Of a stretch of DNA of 47,616 nucleotides, positions 9,890 through 18,129 are shown one piece after another. Location of the stretch: IMG/VR virus record IMGVR_UViG_3300037785_000058, positions 1 to 47,616 of that record; one strand, 5' to 3'. Numbering within the stretch: position 1 is the first letter of the stretch; each line of letters begins with the position of its first letter. A program made the position numbers and the translations under genes. The notes beneath the pieces are model-generated. The model was not told the origin of the DNA, ran no database searches, and worked only from the letters and a program-made list of their open reading frames with translations. The stretch comes from a virus (taxonomy: Duplodnaviria; Caudoviricetes).

Positions 9890-11232
9890 CAGCTGCGTCC
9901 ATCCATATTGTCGAACGGGTCCGTTCCCGGTTCTGTCTGACCCGGAGCGGGGTCAGGATCATCAGGAGCCGTGGTCCCCTGTAGTCCTCGAATACCGTTC
10001 TGGGCGAACATTTCTGCACCAACGTTGTTCACGTCCTGCTTCTTATACGTGCCCGACGAGGACAGCTTGAGAACCGTGTCGGCGTCCATTCGGCGGATTT
10101 CGCTCTTCTCTTTGTCAGTCATCTGCTTGAGTGGGTTCCACTCGTAGCTGACGTCCTCAGGGCGATTGCCTAGCACGTGACGAATAAACACCTCATCCAG
10201 CACTTCCATAGCCGGGCCGATGATCAGTTCTTGATCGGCACTCACCCGGTCGTAGTAGTTCAGCATGTCATGTTCGCCCGTCGAGTTCATCCCAGCGGGC
10301 GAGGTGCCAAGAAGGCGGGTCATCGGAATATCCGAAGCGCCCGAGGCGGTCTGCATGAACCTCAGAGCAATGTTGTCGAGGCCTCCGAAAGAGTACGACT
10401 TGGAATCGTAGTCCTCTTGCTCGTCAAGGATCAGGGTGCCATGGTTCCCTTTGAGCATCCGAGCCAGTTCGAAGCGCCTGACGAGGGCCGTCTCATACTT
10501 CCTGTCGGTGATGTTCTCCGTCAGCCCCGGTATCTTGACGATATCCGTTTTCGCGTCGAATACTAGACTCGCGATGTTGGCCATCGTACTGTCAAGATGC
10601 CTGCAAGCGTCATAGACCGCCTGCAGAACGCTGTCGCCCCACCCCGTCGAGGACAGGACAGGAGAGTTTCGCCACGGCACCTCGGCCCCACGAAACTCGA
10701 CGAGCCTGCTCGGGTGAACCCGCACAATCGCGTCACGGGACGTAGAAATCTGGTAAAGCCTGGGGCGACCGAAACGGGCCTGTCGAGGGTCGTCTTCCAG
10801 CTCTCCTGGATTGATGTCGCGGCGCGTCAGCACCGTAATATACTGTAGGTCTCCTTCGCCCACTGCGTCCACGTTCAGCGGTGCTTCGAGGTCATTTCCG
10901 ACCCCAATCAGGATCACCGCTCCGCCCCAGAGACGAGATTTCCAGTACGCCTCCCGGATTTTGTTCCGGATTTGGAGCTGCTTCTCCGCCGCCGCCAGCC
11001 TCTTTGCGGCTTCGAGGTCAGAGGCTGTCCAGTGTCTCCATTTCCGCACCGCGTCGTCGCACGGGGCCATGACCACTTTGCGCATGATCCACGACGTACG
11101 GAAAGCACTCTCCAGCTGCATATCGGTGAGCAGCGAAAGATTGTAGGAAACCGTCGAAGCTTTGTCGTTGGACGTGCCGAGACGTGTCGCCAAGCTTTGC
11201 AAGCCGTCTGCGATAATAGAGGATACGCTCAT
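9889..11232 (-). CDS. Portal protein (DUF1073 family)
   Basis: Motifs SRLWGGAVIL, VRVHPSRLV, GWGDSVLQ and IPMTRLLGTSPAGMNSTGEHD. Directly after TerL. Confidence 0.9.
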   Translation of the reverse strand: MSVSSIIADGLQSLATRLGTSNDKASTVSYNLSLLTDMQLESAFRTSWIMRKVVMAPCDDAVRKWRHWTASDLEAAKRLAAAEKQLQIRNKIREAYWKSRLWGGAVILIGVGNDLEAPLNVDAVGEGDLQYITVLTRRDINPGELEDDPRQARFGRPRLYQISTSRDAIVRVHPSRLVEFRGAEVPWRNSPVLSSTGWGDSVLQAVYDACRHLDSTMANIASLVFDAKTDIVKIPGLTENITDRKYETALVRRFELARMLKGNHGTLILDEQEDYDSKSYSFGGLDNIALRFMQTASGASDIPMTRLLGTSPAGMNSTGEHDMLNYYDRVSADQELIIGPAMEVLDEVFIRHVLGNRPEDVSYEWNPLKQMTDKEKSEIRRMDADTVLKLSSSGTYKKQDVNNVGAEMFAQNGIRGLQGTTAPDDPDPAPGQTEPGTDPFDNMDGRS

Positions 11233-11233
11233 G

Positions 11234-12715
11234 TCAGCTTGCCAGTGCGTGGATGTTATACGTCGGTGTGTTGACGAGCCTAGAGAACGCCCGGCTTACT
11301 GCATCAATTTGGTCTTTGTATTTGCCAACCGGGAACGTAGAGGCTTCGTCTAGAAAGGCCTCGTTCCAGTCCCCGGCCAGCAGCATCACGTTTCCTGCTT
11401 GAGCCTGAGCTGCGAAGGGCTGTGCCCTTGTTATCTTGTCGCCAGACTCCGGGCTTGCTTGGTAATCGTAACCAGCCAGCTGACTGATCAGATACTGTAC
11501 TTGTGCCTTTCCAGCTTGCCCAGGGTCTTGGGGGAGGTCGCCCTTGACCCACCCCCACTGTGCCTTGTCCTGGCTCGCCGTGTTTACCAGCAGCCTCTCT
11601 ACTTCTCCAGCTGTCCCCCGGATTCTTTTCATGTCAGCCAGAATGAACTTCTTGTCGGGCGTCATCCCCAGAAGAGCACCCGCCGTGTACGCGGCTTTGT
11701 TGCTCTTGGTCGCCGCGAGGTCCCATCCCCTTGCCCACCGGCACCCAGCAGGGACCGCATGCACAACCTCGAACCATCCTTTCTGCAGCATGCCGCCGCC
11801 ACGAGGTGCGGGGCGCTGTTGAAGCTGGCCAGCAGCAGCGTACGAACCCATCGTCGCTTCGAGCCGCTGAACCTGCACCTCCGGGAAGCGTTCGGGGAAC
11901 ATCAGCTCCCCTTCCTGCGTCCTCGGGTCCTTCCACCCGATGCTCGTCACGCAGCGGCGGTCCTCTTCGAACCGCATCGGAATAACCAGCTTCTCGTAGT
12001 CAAGACCCCGATCCATGATGATGCCCGAAACATCCCGCTCGTGGAGCCTCTGCATAATCACGACGATAGACGAGAGGTCGTTATTGACCCGCGTCGGAAG
12101 GGCTTCAGTAAACGTCTTCTCCACAGCTGCTAGTTCGGCGTCAGAATTGGCGTCATCCACGCTGAGCGGGTCGTCGAGGATCACCCTGTCTCCCCGCGAA
12201 CCGGTCAACGAAACAAAAGCCATGGATTCCCGGAACCCAGTTCTATCGTTCTCGAACTTCGTCTTCGCGTTCTGGTCAGTCGTAAACCGGATAGGCCAGC
12301 GCTTCTGATACCATTCCGACTGGATCAAGCGGCGGCACTTCAGCGAATCCCGGATTGCGAGAGACTCTTTGTGGGCCGTCCCCAAGTAACGATAGTGCTG
12401 GAGGTCCCTTGGACCCCATTCCCAAGCGGGCCAGATGACCCCCGTGAGCAAGGATTTCATGGACCCCGGCGGCACGTTCATCATCAAGTTGCCGATTTTG
12501 CGCTCTGTCACCGCTTCAAGGTGTTCACAGATCGCGTCGAGTGCCCATCCCCATTTCAGAGGGGTGCTCGGCTCCAAAACGTGCCATGCCTGTTGCGCGA
12601 AGAATGCCAGGCTCCGCTTGCAGAGTTCCTTCTCGATCAGCCGCTCGTCAGCGGAGTTAAGCTTGATCTGTCTCGGGTCGTTGGCAAGCAATGAACAGTT
12701 CCTTGAGAACTTCAT
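11234..12715 (-). CDS. terL: Terminase large subunit (exact start uncertain)
   Basis: Walker A NVPPGSMKS, TGSRGDRVILDDP, IMQRLHERD, and nuclease motifs RGWDLAAT and FPVGKYKDQIDA. Confidence 0.95.
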   Translation of the reverse strand: MKFSRNCSLLANDPRQIKLNSADERLIEKELCKRSLAFFAQQAWHVLEPSTPLKWGWALDAICEHLEAVTERKIGNLMMNVPPGSMKSLLTGVIWPAWEWGPRDLQHYRYLGTAHKESLAIRDSLKCRRLIQSEWYQKRWPIRFTTDQNAKTKFENDRTGFRESMAFVSLTGSRGDRVILDDPLSVDDANSDAELAAVEKTFTEALPTRVNNDLSSIVVIMQRLHERDVSGIIMDRGLDYEKLVIPMRFEEDRRCVTSIGWKDPRTQEGELMFPERFPEVQVQRLEATMGSYAAAGQLQQRPAPRGGGMLQKGWFEVVHAVPAGCRWARGWDLAATKSNKAAYTAGALLGMTPDKKFILADMKRIRGTAGEVERLLVNTASQDKAQWGWVKGDLPQDPGQAGKAQVQYLISQLAGYDYQASPESGDKITRAQPFAAQAQAGNVMLLAGDWNEAFLDEASTFPVGKYKDQIDAVSRAFSRLVNTPTYNIHALAS

Positions 12716-13142
12716 TCGACATATTTGAGACGTCGATCTGTGCGGGTGGTTCTATGTCTCGCCCGAGAACTGGTGTGTTTTGCGATCCGAAGCCTCTGTC
12801 CGCGCCCAGCGACTTGAGGAAAAACTGTCGTGCTGCCGCATCCCCGTTCAGAGCCTCCTGCATATAGTCCCATTGGATGGTGTCGAGGAACGCGTTGCGG
12901 AGGTCTTCCATTAAGGCCAGAAGCAGGTGATTATTGAAAATGTAGGTCTCTGTGGCGCGGCGCGACCTACGAAGCAAATCCGCAGCAGCCGTTATGTTTC
13001 CCGTCTCGCGTATCAGTGCAACTGCGACGTCCTGCTCCGAAAAGGGTCCATTCGGGTGGGTAACTGTGTAGCAGCCCGCGAACTGGTACGAAGCGATGTA
13101 CTCAGGATCCTTAAGATCGGGGCGCTTTTCAAATATGTCCAT
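12657..13142 (-). CDS. Putative terminase small subunit
   Basis: HTH-like segment ALIRETGNITAAADLL, FFLKSLGADRGF and C-terminal IDVSNMSNEVL. Immediately upstream of TerL. Confidence 0.7.
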   Translation of the reverse strand: MDIFEKRPDLKDPEYIASYQFAGCYTVTHPNGPFSEQDVAVALIRETGNITAAADLLRRSRRATETYIFNNHLLLALMEDLRNAFLDTIQWDYMQEALNGDAAARQFFLKSLGADRGFGSQNTPVLGRDIEPPAQIDVSNMSNEVLKELFIACQRPETDQA

Positions 13143-13201
13143 GTGTCACAGTGAACGAGACCGGGTCTCGCCTTTTGGGTGTCAGCGATAGGCCGGTGCT
13201 G

Positions 13202-13702
13202 TTACACCAGCGAGACGTCCTCCATCGCCAGTCGGATCGGCATCTTCGCTTTCGCGCCGAGGTCCACCTTCACCTCGCGTGCGGTCGCAAAAACGGCTGT
13301 CACTTTCCCTGTCCAGCCCAGCATCCACTCGGCTAGACCCCTCTTGATTTCGACAGTGGACCCGACCTCGAAAGGAGGGAGGTTTTCCTCCAAAGTCGGG
13401 TCCACGTCAAGCGCCTGCAGCAACTCAAGGGACTCGAGTTGCACCTCTCGTTCCAGTTGCAGGAGGCGCTTGAATGCGTGAGGCCCTATCACGGCTCGGT
13501 CGCCTGAGTCCTCACGCATGAAACCGAAGACGCGCGAGGAGCGGCGCGGATACTTCGGCGGATCAGATGGAACGAAAACGTATCCCAAAAAAGCTGGCTC
13601 ATCATCCGCGAGCAAAGGCACGTACCCATTCACTACATGGGAGACCTCCAGCTCGAATCCGGAACGTACACGAAGTACATGATATGAGGCGCACTCTTGC
13701 AT
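13202..13702 (-). CDS. NusG/RfaH-family transcription antiterminator
   Basis: NGN-like YHVLRVRSGFE...PAFLGYVFV...RVFGFM plus KOW domain FEVGSTVEIKRG...GWTGKV. The real start is probably ATG 13702, not 14041. Confidence 0.85.
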   Translation of the reverse strand: MQECASYHVLRVRSGFELEVSHVVNGYVPLLADDEPAFLGYVFVPSDPPKYPRRSSRVFGFMREDSGDRAVIGPHAFKRLLQLEREVQLESLELLQALDVDPTLEENLPPFEVGSTVEIKRGLAEWMLGWTGKVTAVFATAREVKVDLGAKAKMPIRLAMEDVSLV

Positions 13703-13708
13703 GGGTAC

Positions 13709-13737
13709 ACTATAGCACAGCCAAAACAGCCACACAA
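13709..13737 (-). promoter_or_regulatory. sigma70-like promoter of the late operon
   Basis: TTGTGT-17bp-TATAGT with an extended TG. The -10 box ends 6 nt before the NusG-like ATG. Confidence 0.7.
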
Positions 13738-14071
13738 GTCTCCACAGATGTGGGGGCTGGAGGCCGAAGAAAATCCAAGAGCGGACGAAGCGGCAGGGGC
13801 CAGACGGGGGCCACGGGGCGCAGGTGTGGGGGCTGGGGCGGTGTATATAGCTGGCACACCCCACATAGGGCACGGGCGGGCCACACGCGCGGGGGCGCAG
13901 GCACGCGCACATACGGGGTATAGGCACGGGCAGGCAGACGAGGGGCGGAGAGGCGAGGCACAGGTGTGGGGGTGGCAGATGGGCGTCGTGGAGCGAGGAA
14001 ACGGTTGCGCCGGGGCGATATATGTATCCCCCTTGCAACACTGTGGCGCGGGTGCCACATTCCGCCCCGCC

Positions 14072-14154
14072 GTGTTACAGCGAATCACAGATCCGTGAGC
14101 GGCTGTAACACGGGCGCGCGGGGGCTTGCGCGTGTCGCGTCGCTGTGTTTTTCT
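14072..14154 (+). promoter_or_regulatory. Inverted-repeat operator-like element plus early promoter 1
   Basis: GTGTTACAGC..TCAC-N6-GTGA..GCTGTAACAC, then TTGCGC-17bp-TTTTCT (weak -10). Confidence 0.5.
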
Positions 14155-14190
14155 GGGGGCACAGACACACACGGACACGGAGAGACACCG

Positions 14191-14448
14191 ATGCAAGCCA
14201 GCCACACCCCCGCCGCCCGCGCCGCCGACGACGCCGCCCGCGCCGCCCGTTGGGCCGCCGTCGCCCGGGCGGGGCTCCCCTTGTGGGCGCCCCGCGACGG
14301 AGCCGAGCGCGCCGCCCGCGCCGCCGAGCGCGCCGCCCGCGCCGCCCGCGCCGCCGCCCGCGCCGAGCGCGACGGACGGAACGCCAACCCCGCCGCCGAG
14401 CGCGCCGCCGCCGCCGCCCGGAGCGCGCAGCGCGCCGCCGGGGCGTGA
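14191..14448 (+). CDS. Small Ala/Arg-rich low-complexity protein
   Basis: ATG after ACACGGAGAG, the same RBS context as other early genes; 85 aa of AARAA repeats. Confidence 0.5.
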   Translation: MQASHTPAARAADDAARAARWAAVARAGLPLWAPRDGAERAARAAERAARAARAAARAERDGRNANPAAERAAAAARSAQRAAGA

Positions 14449-14483
14449 CGGGGCGGCAACGGCGCCACCCGCGACGACAAAAA

Positions 14484-14550
14484 GGCGAAACGGGGCACAC
14501 GCCGCCCCGTCCGCCGGGCTTGCTCCGCCCGGCGCTGACGAGCCAGAGCG
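14484..14550 (+). ncRNA. Type II hammerhead ribozyme 1 (pseudoknotted)
   Basis: GGC-GAAA-CGGGGC/GCCCCG-UC^-CGCCGGGC[UUGCUCC]GCCCGGCG-CUGACGA-GCC-AGAGCG. Full catalytic core with GUC cleavage triplet (cut after 14511). Loop I UGCUC pairs with the 3' GAGCG. Confidence 0.9.
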
Positions 14551-14569
14551 ACACACAGGAAACAGACCG

Positions 14570-14779
14570 ATGACAAAGACCACCAACGCAAACGCCAACG
14601 ACGCAGAGCGCGAAACCCTCCTCGCAGCCCTCCGCTCCCTTGCGGCGGAGACAGAGCTGGCAGGACGAGCTTGCCCTCGCGCCGTCTGGGAAGAAGCCGA
14701 CGACGAAGACCAAACGAGCGAACTGCACGACACCTGCGTGGCGCAGGCCGCAGCGAACCTGCTGGCCCTCCTTTCCTGA
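14570..14779 (+). CDS. Hypothetical early protein (69 aa)
   Basis: ATG after an ACACAGGA RBS, downstream of ribozyme 1. Confidence 0.7.
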   Translation: MTKTTNANANDAERETLLAALRSLAAETELAGRACPRAVWEEADDEDQTSELHDTCVAQAAANLLALLS

Positions 14780-14974
14780 CGACGCAGGGGCGGGCGACGA
14801 AGCCCGCCCCACACCACCGCTTCCGCCGGGCAAACGGCGGCCCTTTCTAAGACGCCCGAGGGAATCGGGGGAGGCGACGCCGAGGTATGCCTTGCGTCCG
14901 AGGCCGGTTGTACCGACGCAGCCGACGCAACCCCCAGTTGCAAAACCCCCAACGCAGCCGACGGAAGCCCGCTC

Positions 14975-15046
14975 TTGTTACAGTCATTCACAGACTCGTG
15001 AGGCCGTGTTACAGTGATTGCGCAACCTCGCCGCCTGTGGTAGAAT
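14975..15046 (+). promoter_or_regulatory. Operator-like element plus early promoter 2
   Basis: TGTTACAG..TCAC-N6-GTGA..TGTTACAG, then TTGCGC-17bp-TAGAAT. Homologous to 14072-14154. Confidence 0.65.
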
Positions 15047-15097
15047 GGTTGTAGATCGGGGGGCACGGAGCACCCCGGCGACACAGGAGAAGCACCA

Positions 15098-15898
15098 ATG
15101 GACACCCAAGCACACACCGACATCCCCACCCTGCGCGACGCACTGGAAGGCGTCCGCATCCACCACGCCCGCAGGGCAAAGGCCGAAGCGCTTGCCGACA
15201 CGCTCGCCGCCGAATACACCGGCATCGCCCTGCAACCGGTCTGCATCGACGAAGGCGGCGCGGAGGTCCTCGCCGCGTGGGAGGTCGTGGCGACGCAAGA
15301 GTGGACCGGCGACGAAGGCGAAGCCAGCACCGAACCGGGCACGGTCCTTTTCGTCACGGAAGACGCCGTTGTCCCGGCCCTCGCGGACATCCTCGACGTA
15401 ATCGACGAGAGTTTCCCGGGATATCCCGTCGAGGGCGACGCCGACGACGAAGAGCAGAAACCCTCTGGATCGGTGGTGCCCGAGACCTATCGTGCCAGCT
15501 ACCGGGAGAACAGCAGCACCGGCCAATCCTGCGGCGACTTCCTCGCCGAGTGGCTCGCGACGCAGACCCTCGACGCCGACGGCAAGCTGGACGTCTCCGC
15601 CTTTGACGCGATCCTCGACGCGAATGGCGTGGAGCGCGTCGGCAAGTGGGCGAGCCTCCCGCAATCGGGTCAGAAGGGCTGGGTCGGGCGCTACCGGATG
15701 AATGGGCGGCAGGTGCTGGAGAAGCGCGTGGCCATCTCGGAGACGCTGCGCCACGGCGACGGCACCCCGGTCGAGCACGCCGAGCTTCCCGCCGCAATCG
15801 CCGACCTGCAGGCCAAGCACGCTAAGTGGCTCGCCAAAGAGCGCAAGGCGATCGCCGCCGCCGAAGAGGCGCTGCCCGGCAAGCCCGAGGCCGAGTGA
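15098..15898 (+). CDS. Hypothetical early protein (266 aa)
   Basis: ACACAGGAG RBS and strong GC3 codon bias. C-terminal domain resembles 23969-24481. Confidence 0.8.
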   Translation: MDTQAHTDIPTLRDALEGVRIHHARRAKAEALADTLAAEYTGIALQPVCIDEGGAEVLAAWEVVATQEWTGDEGEASTEPGTVLFVTEDAVVPALADILDVIDESFPGYPVEGDADDEEQKPSGSVVPETYRASYRENSSTGQSCGDFLAEWLATQTLDADGKLDVSAFDAILDANGVERVGKWASLPQSGQKGWVGRYRMNGRQVLEKRVAISETLRHGDGTPVEHAELPAAIADLQAKHAKWLAKERKAIAAAEEALPGKPEAE

Positions 15899-15969
15899 GG
15901 CGAAACGGGGCGGCACACCCACCGCCCCGTCCACCGGGACTGCTCTACCGGTGCTGACGAGCCAGAGCA
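15899..15969 (+). ncRNA. Type II hammerhead ribozyme 2 (pseudoknotted)
   Basis: GGC-GAAA-CGGGGCGG/CCGCCCCG-UC^-CACCGG[GACUGCUCUA]CCGGUG-CUGACGA-GCC-AGAGCA. Cut after 15931. UGCUCU/AGAGCA pseudoknot, with a compensatory change relative to copy 1. Confidence 0.92.
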
Positions 15970-15989
15970 AACACACAGGAGAACACCCG

Positions 15990-16361
15990 ATGTCCATCCT
16001 TATTGCCCTTCCCGCGCCCAAGGCCGAGCGCGACGCCTACGCGAAAACGCTTGCCGCCTACAACGAAGCGCGGGCGCAGCTGCTTGCTGCGATGCGGCAG
16101 ACCACCATCGCCGAAGTCTATCTTTCCCAGCCGGGCGCGAGCGATACCGACACCGACACCGAATACGAAGATCGATGGAACGAAGCCGAGTTCCGAATCC
16201 ACGACGAAAATGGAAACGCACACCCGATTGCGTGGGTCGACGAGCAGGAAGGACCGGATGGTCCTTTCTACGAGGTCTGGACCTACGACCATCGAGGCAA
16301 CGAAACCGTCGTCGGCTACTACGACGCAAAAGCACCCGTCTACTACGTCCCCCTTGCCTAA
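15990..16361 (+). CDS. Hypothetical early protein (acidic)
   Basis: ATG after an ACACAGGAG RBS, downstream of ribozyme 2. Confidence 0.75.
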   Translation: MSILIALPAPKAERDAYAKTLAAYNEARAQLLAAMRQTTIAEVYLSQPGASDTDTDTEYEDRWNEAEFRIHDENGNAHPIAWVDEQEGPDGPFYEVWTYDHRGNETVVGYYDAKAPVYYVPLA

Positions 16362-16398
16362 GACGAAACCACACCACGCCACACAGGAGAACACCCCC

Positions 16399-16620
16399 AT
16401 GTTTCGCACCTACGAGTCCCACGTGGACGTGCAAGGAACCGATGGCACCACGATGTGTTTCGGCGGGCTGGGCAGCAGCGAAAGGGCTGCCCGTCGCGAC
16501 GCACTCGCCCGCGCCCTGCTGGAAATCGAGAACATCGACCCGGCAGCGCAGCGCACCGGCGATCTTTCCCTCGATCTGCTTGCCGCGTGCAACGCGGGCT
16601 GGAGGTTTTCCCATGCCTAA
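16399..16620 (+). CDS. Hypothetical protein
   Basis: ACACAGGAG RBS; starts MFRTYESH. Confidence 0.65.
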   Translation: MFRTYESHVDVQGTDGTTMCFGGLGSSERAARRDALARALLEIENIDPAAQRTGDLSLDLLAACNAGWRFSHA

Positions 16621-16840
16621 GCGCGACGGAGACTGGCTGAAACAACACGCCACCGAAGCGCTGGGCGAAAGAGTCCGGGTGACGAAGGAGCACGGCGGCA
16701 CGATGCACGAAATCCTTGTGGTTTCCAACGGCGCGGGACCACTGGTTTGCATCGACCTGCAAGGCGAAATCCGCGTGCACCCGAGGACCACCCAGCACCA
16801 AGAGGCCGCACTGCTCAGCGGCATCCTTTCCACACAATAA
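16613..16840 (+). CDS. Hypothetical protein
   Basis: GGAGG RBS; overlaps the upstream stop. Confidence 0.65.
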   Translation: MPKRDGDWLKQHATEALGERVRVTKEHGGTMHEILVVSNGAGPLVCIDLQGEIRVHPRTTQHQEAALLSGILSTQ

Positions 16841-16842
16841 AC

Positions 16843-16871
16843 TAGACCCGGTGCCCCGGTCGTGTTAGACT
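16843..16871 (+). promoter_or_regulatory. sigma70-like promoter
   Basis: TAGACC-17bp-TAGACT with an extended TG, upstream of 16901. Confidence 0.5.
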
Positions 16872-16900
16872 AGGGCACCATCCACACAGGAGACGACCAA

Positions 16901-17197
16901 ATGCAAACTGTAATATCCGAGGCTTTCCCTGAGTGCACGATCCTCGGGACCCCAGACGCCAAAATCTGGATATACCTACGCACCCGCGACGACCGAGTTT
17001 TTGTCGTCACTGACATGGATGCTTTCCTCCGAGAGGGCAACGACGAAAGCAAATACCTCGTCGAAGAACTACTCGACCCCGAGGAAATCGAGCACAAAGA
17101 GGGGCCGATGTCCCTCGCCACGGTGGTCATCTATACAGGCGACGCTTTTTTCGATGGTTTGGCCGCCCTGCGGCAAGAAATCGCAAAGGTACACTGA
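16901..17197 (+). CDS. Hypothetical protein
   Basis: ACACAGGAG RBS; 98 aa. Confidence 0.7.
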   Translation: MQTVISEAFPECTILGTPDAKIWIYLRTRDDRVFVVTDMDAFLREGNDESKYLVEELLDPEEIEHKEGPMSLATVVIYTGDAFFDGLAALRQEIAKVH

Positions 17198-17199
17198 CG

Positions 17200-17442
17200 A
17201 TGGTCGGACGGAGGCAACTACCATGCAGCGACCCGGAGGAGCAACGCCTCCGGGAAGCCTTCTACGCCGCCGAAGAAGGGTCGAATAGGCGACAGCAAGT
17301 GGCCGACGAACTCGCCCGGTATCTTTGGCAGCGTGTTTCCGCCGAGGTCGAAGAAGACCGCAAGAGGCACCCAAAGAAGAAGCGGAATCTGCCTGTCGGG
17401 CACGACGTAGTACGGCAACCGGGTGGCAGAACACTTCCATGA
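17200..17442 (+). CDS. Hypothetical protein
   Basis: Starts 2 nt after the upstream stop; 80 aa. Confidence 0.5.
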   Translation: MVGRRQLPCSDPEEQRLREAFYAAEEGSNRRQQVADELARYLWQRVSAEVEEDRKRHPKKKRNLPVGHDVVRQPGGRTLP

Positions 17443-17649
17443 CGACCTAGAACCGAAACTCAGACCGCTAGCGGCGGAATCAGAGGCATGTCTGAAACCT
17501 AGGGGTGAATGGGGCACTGCTTTCTAGCGACGCAGGGCGCAAAGACCGAATAGCGACGGCGTAGACGTGTGGGGTTTGGCGGGGTGGCGCACGGTCGAAA
17601 GGGCGCTCTGCCCCGGCCCCGAAGGCACTCCTGTGCTGCGCTGCAGCGT

Positions 17650-18040
17650 TACACCACGCACACCATGTACACCTGCGGGCATACCTCCCCCCATAAAAAA
17701 CTTTTTGACCACTCTCTCCCCCCTCTCTCTCCTAGTGAGGGGGGGAGAGGTGTACGTGGTGTGCGTGCCCCGCATTCGGTCTGCCGCGCCGCCCCGTCCC
17801 TACGGCCTCTAGCCGCTATCACATACATGCACACCTACCCATGCACACCTAGGGTGTACACCCCCACACCTCATGCCCCATCATAGGCGTACACCTAGTA
17901 AACGGAAGTTGTAACAAACCTCCGCGCCTTAGCCCTCTTGCCATGCACACCAGCCGCACACGCACACCTCTGATATAACGCTAGCTGTGGGGGCGTACAC
18001 CCCATGTGTACATACTAGGTGTACACCCCCACATGCTGCG
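17650..18040. repeat. Repeat-rich non-coding region; candidate replication origin
   Basis: Many G(T/C)ACACC motifs, two CTAG(G)GTGTACACCCCCACA copies, a CTCTCCCCCCTC/GAGGGGGGGAGAG inverted repeat and an AT tract AAAAAACTTTTT. Lies upstream of the primase-helicase. Confidence 0.45.
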
Positions 18041-18129
18041 CCTGCAGCATACTCTTTCCCTCGCCATGGGTTGACAGGTCGCCCCGTCCCGTGTTTTAGT
18101 CGTCGTAGGTACAAAAAGGGTTTAGGACC

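Noticed and set aside
9889-11232. Anti-CBASS Acb1 label often attached to DUF1073 proteins
   Set aside because: Position after TerL, length and motifs fit a portal. I saw no separate HxT/S phosphoesterase domain.
112-12728. Long plus-strand ORFs opposite the structural genes (e.g. 2604-3623, 7392-8789, 8729-9940)
   Set aside because: These are antisense shadows of GC3-biased genes, with no RBS or recognisable motifs.
13633-16021. Long minus-strand ORFs 13633-15390 and 14984-16021
   Set aside because: They arise from GC-rich, stop-poor sequence. Promoters, RBSs and ribozymes all point to the plus strand.
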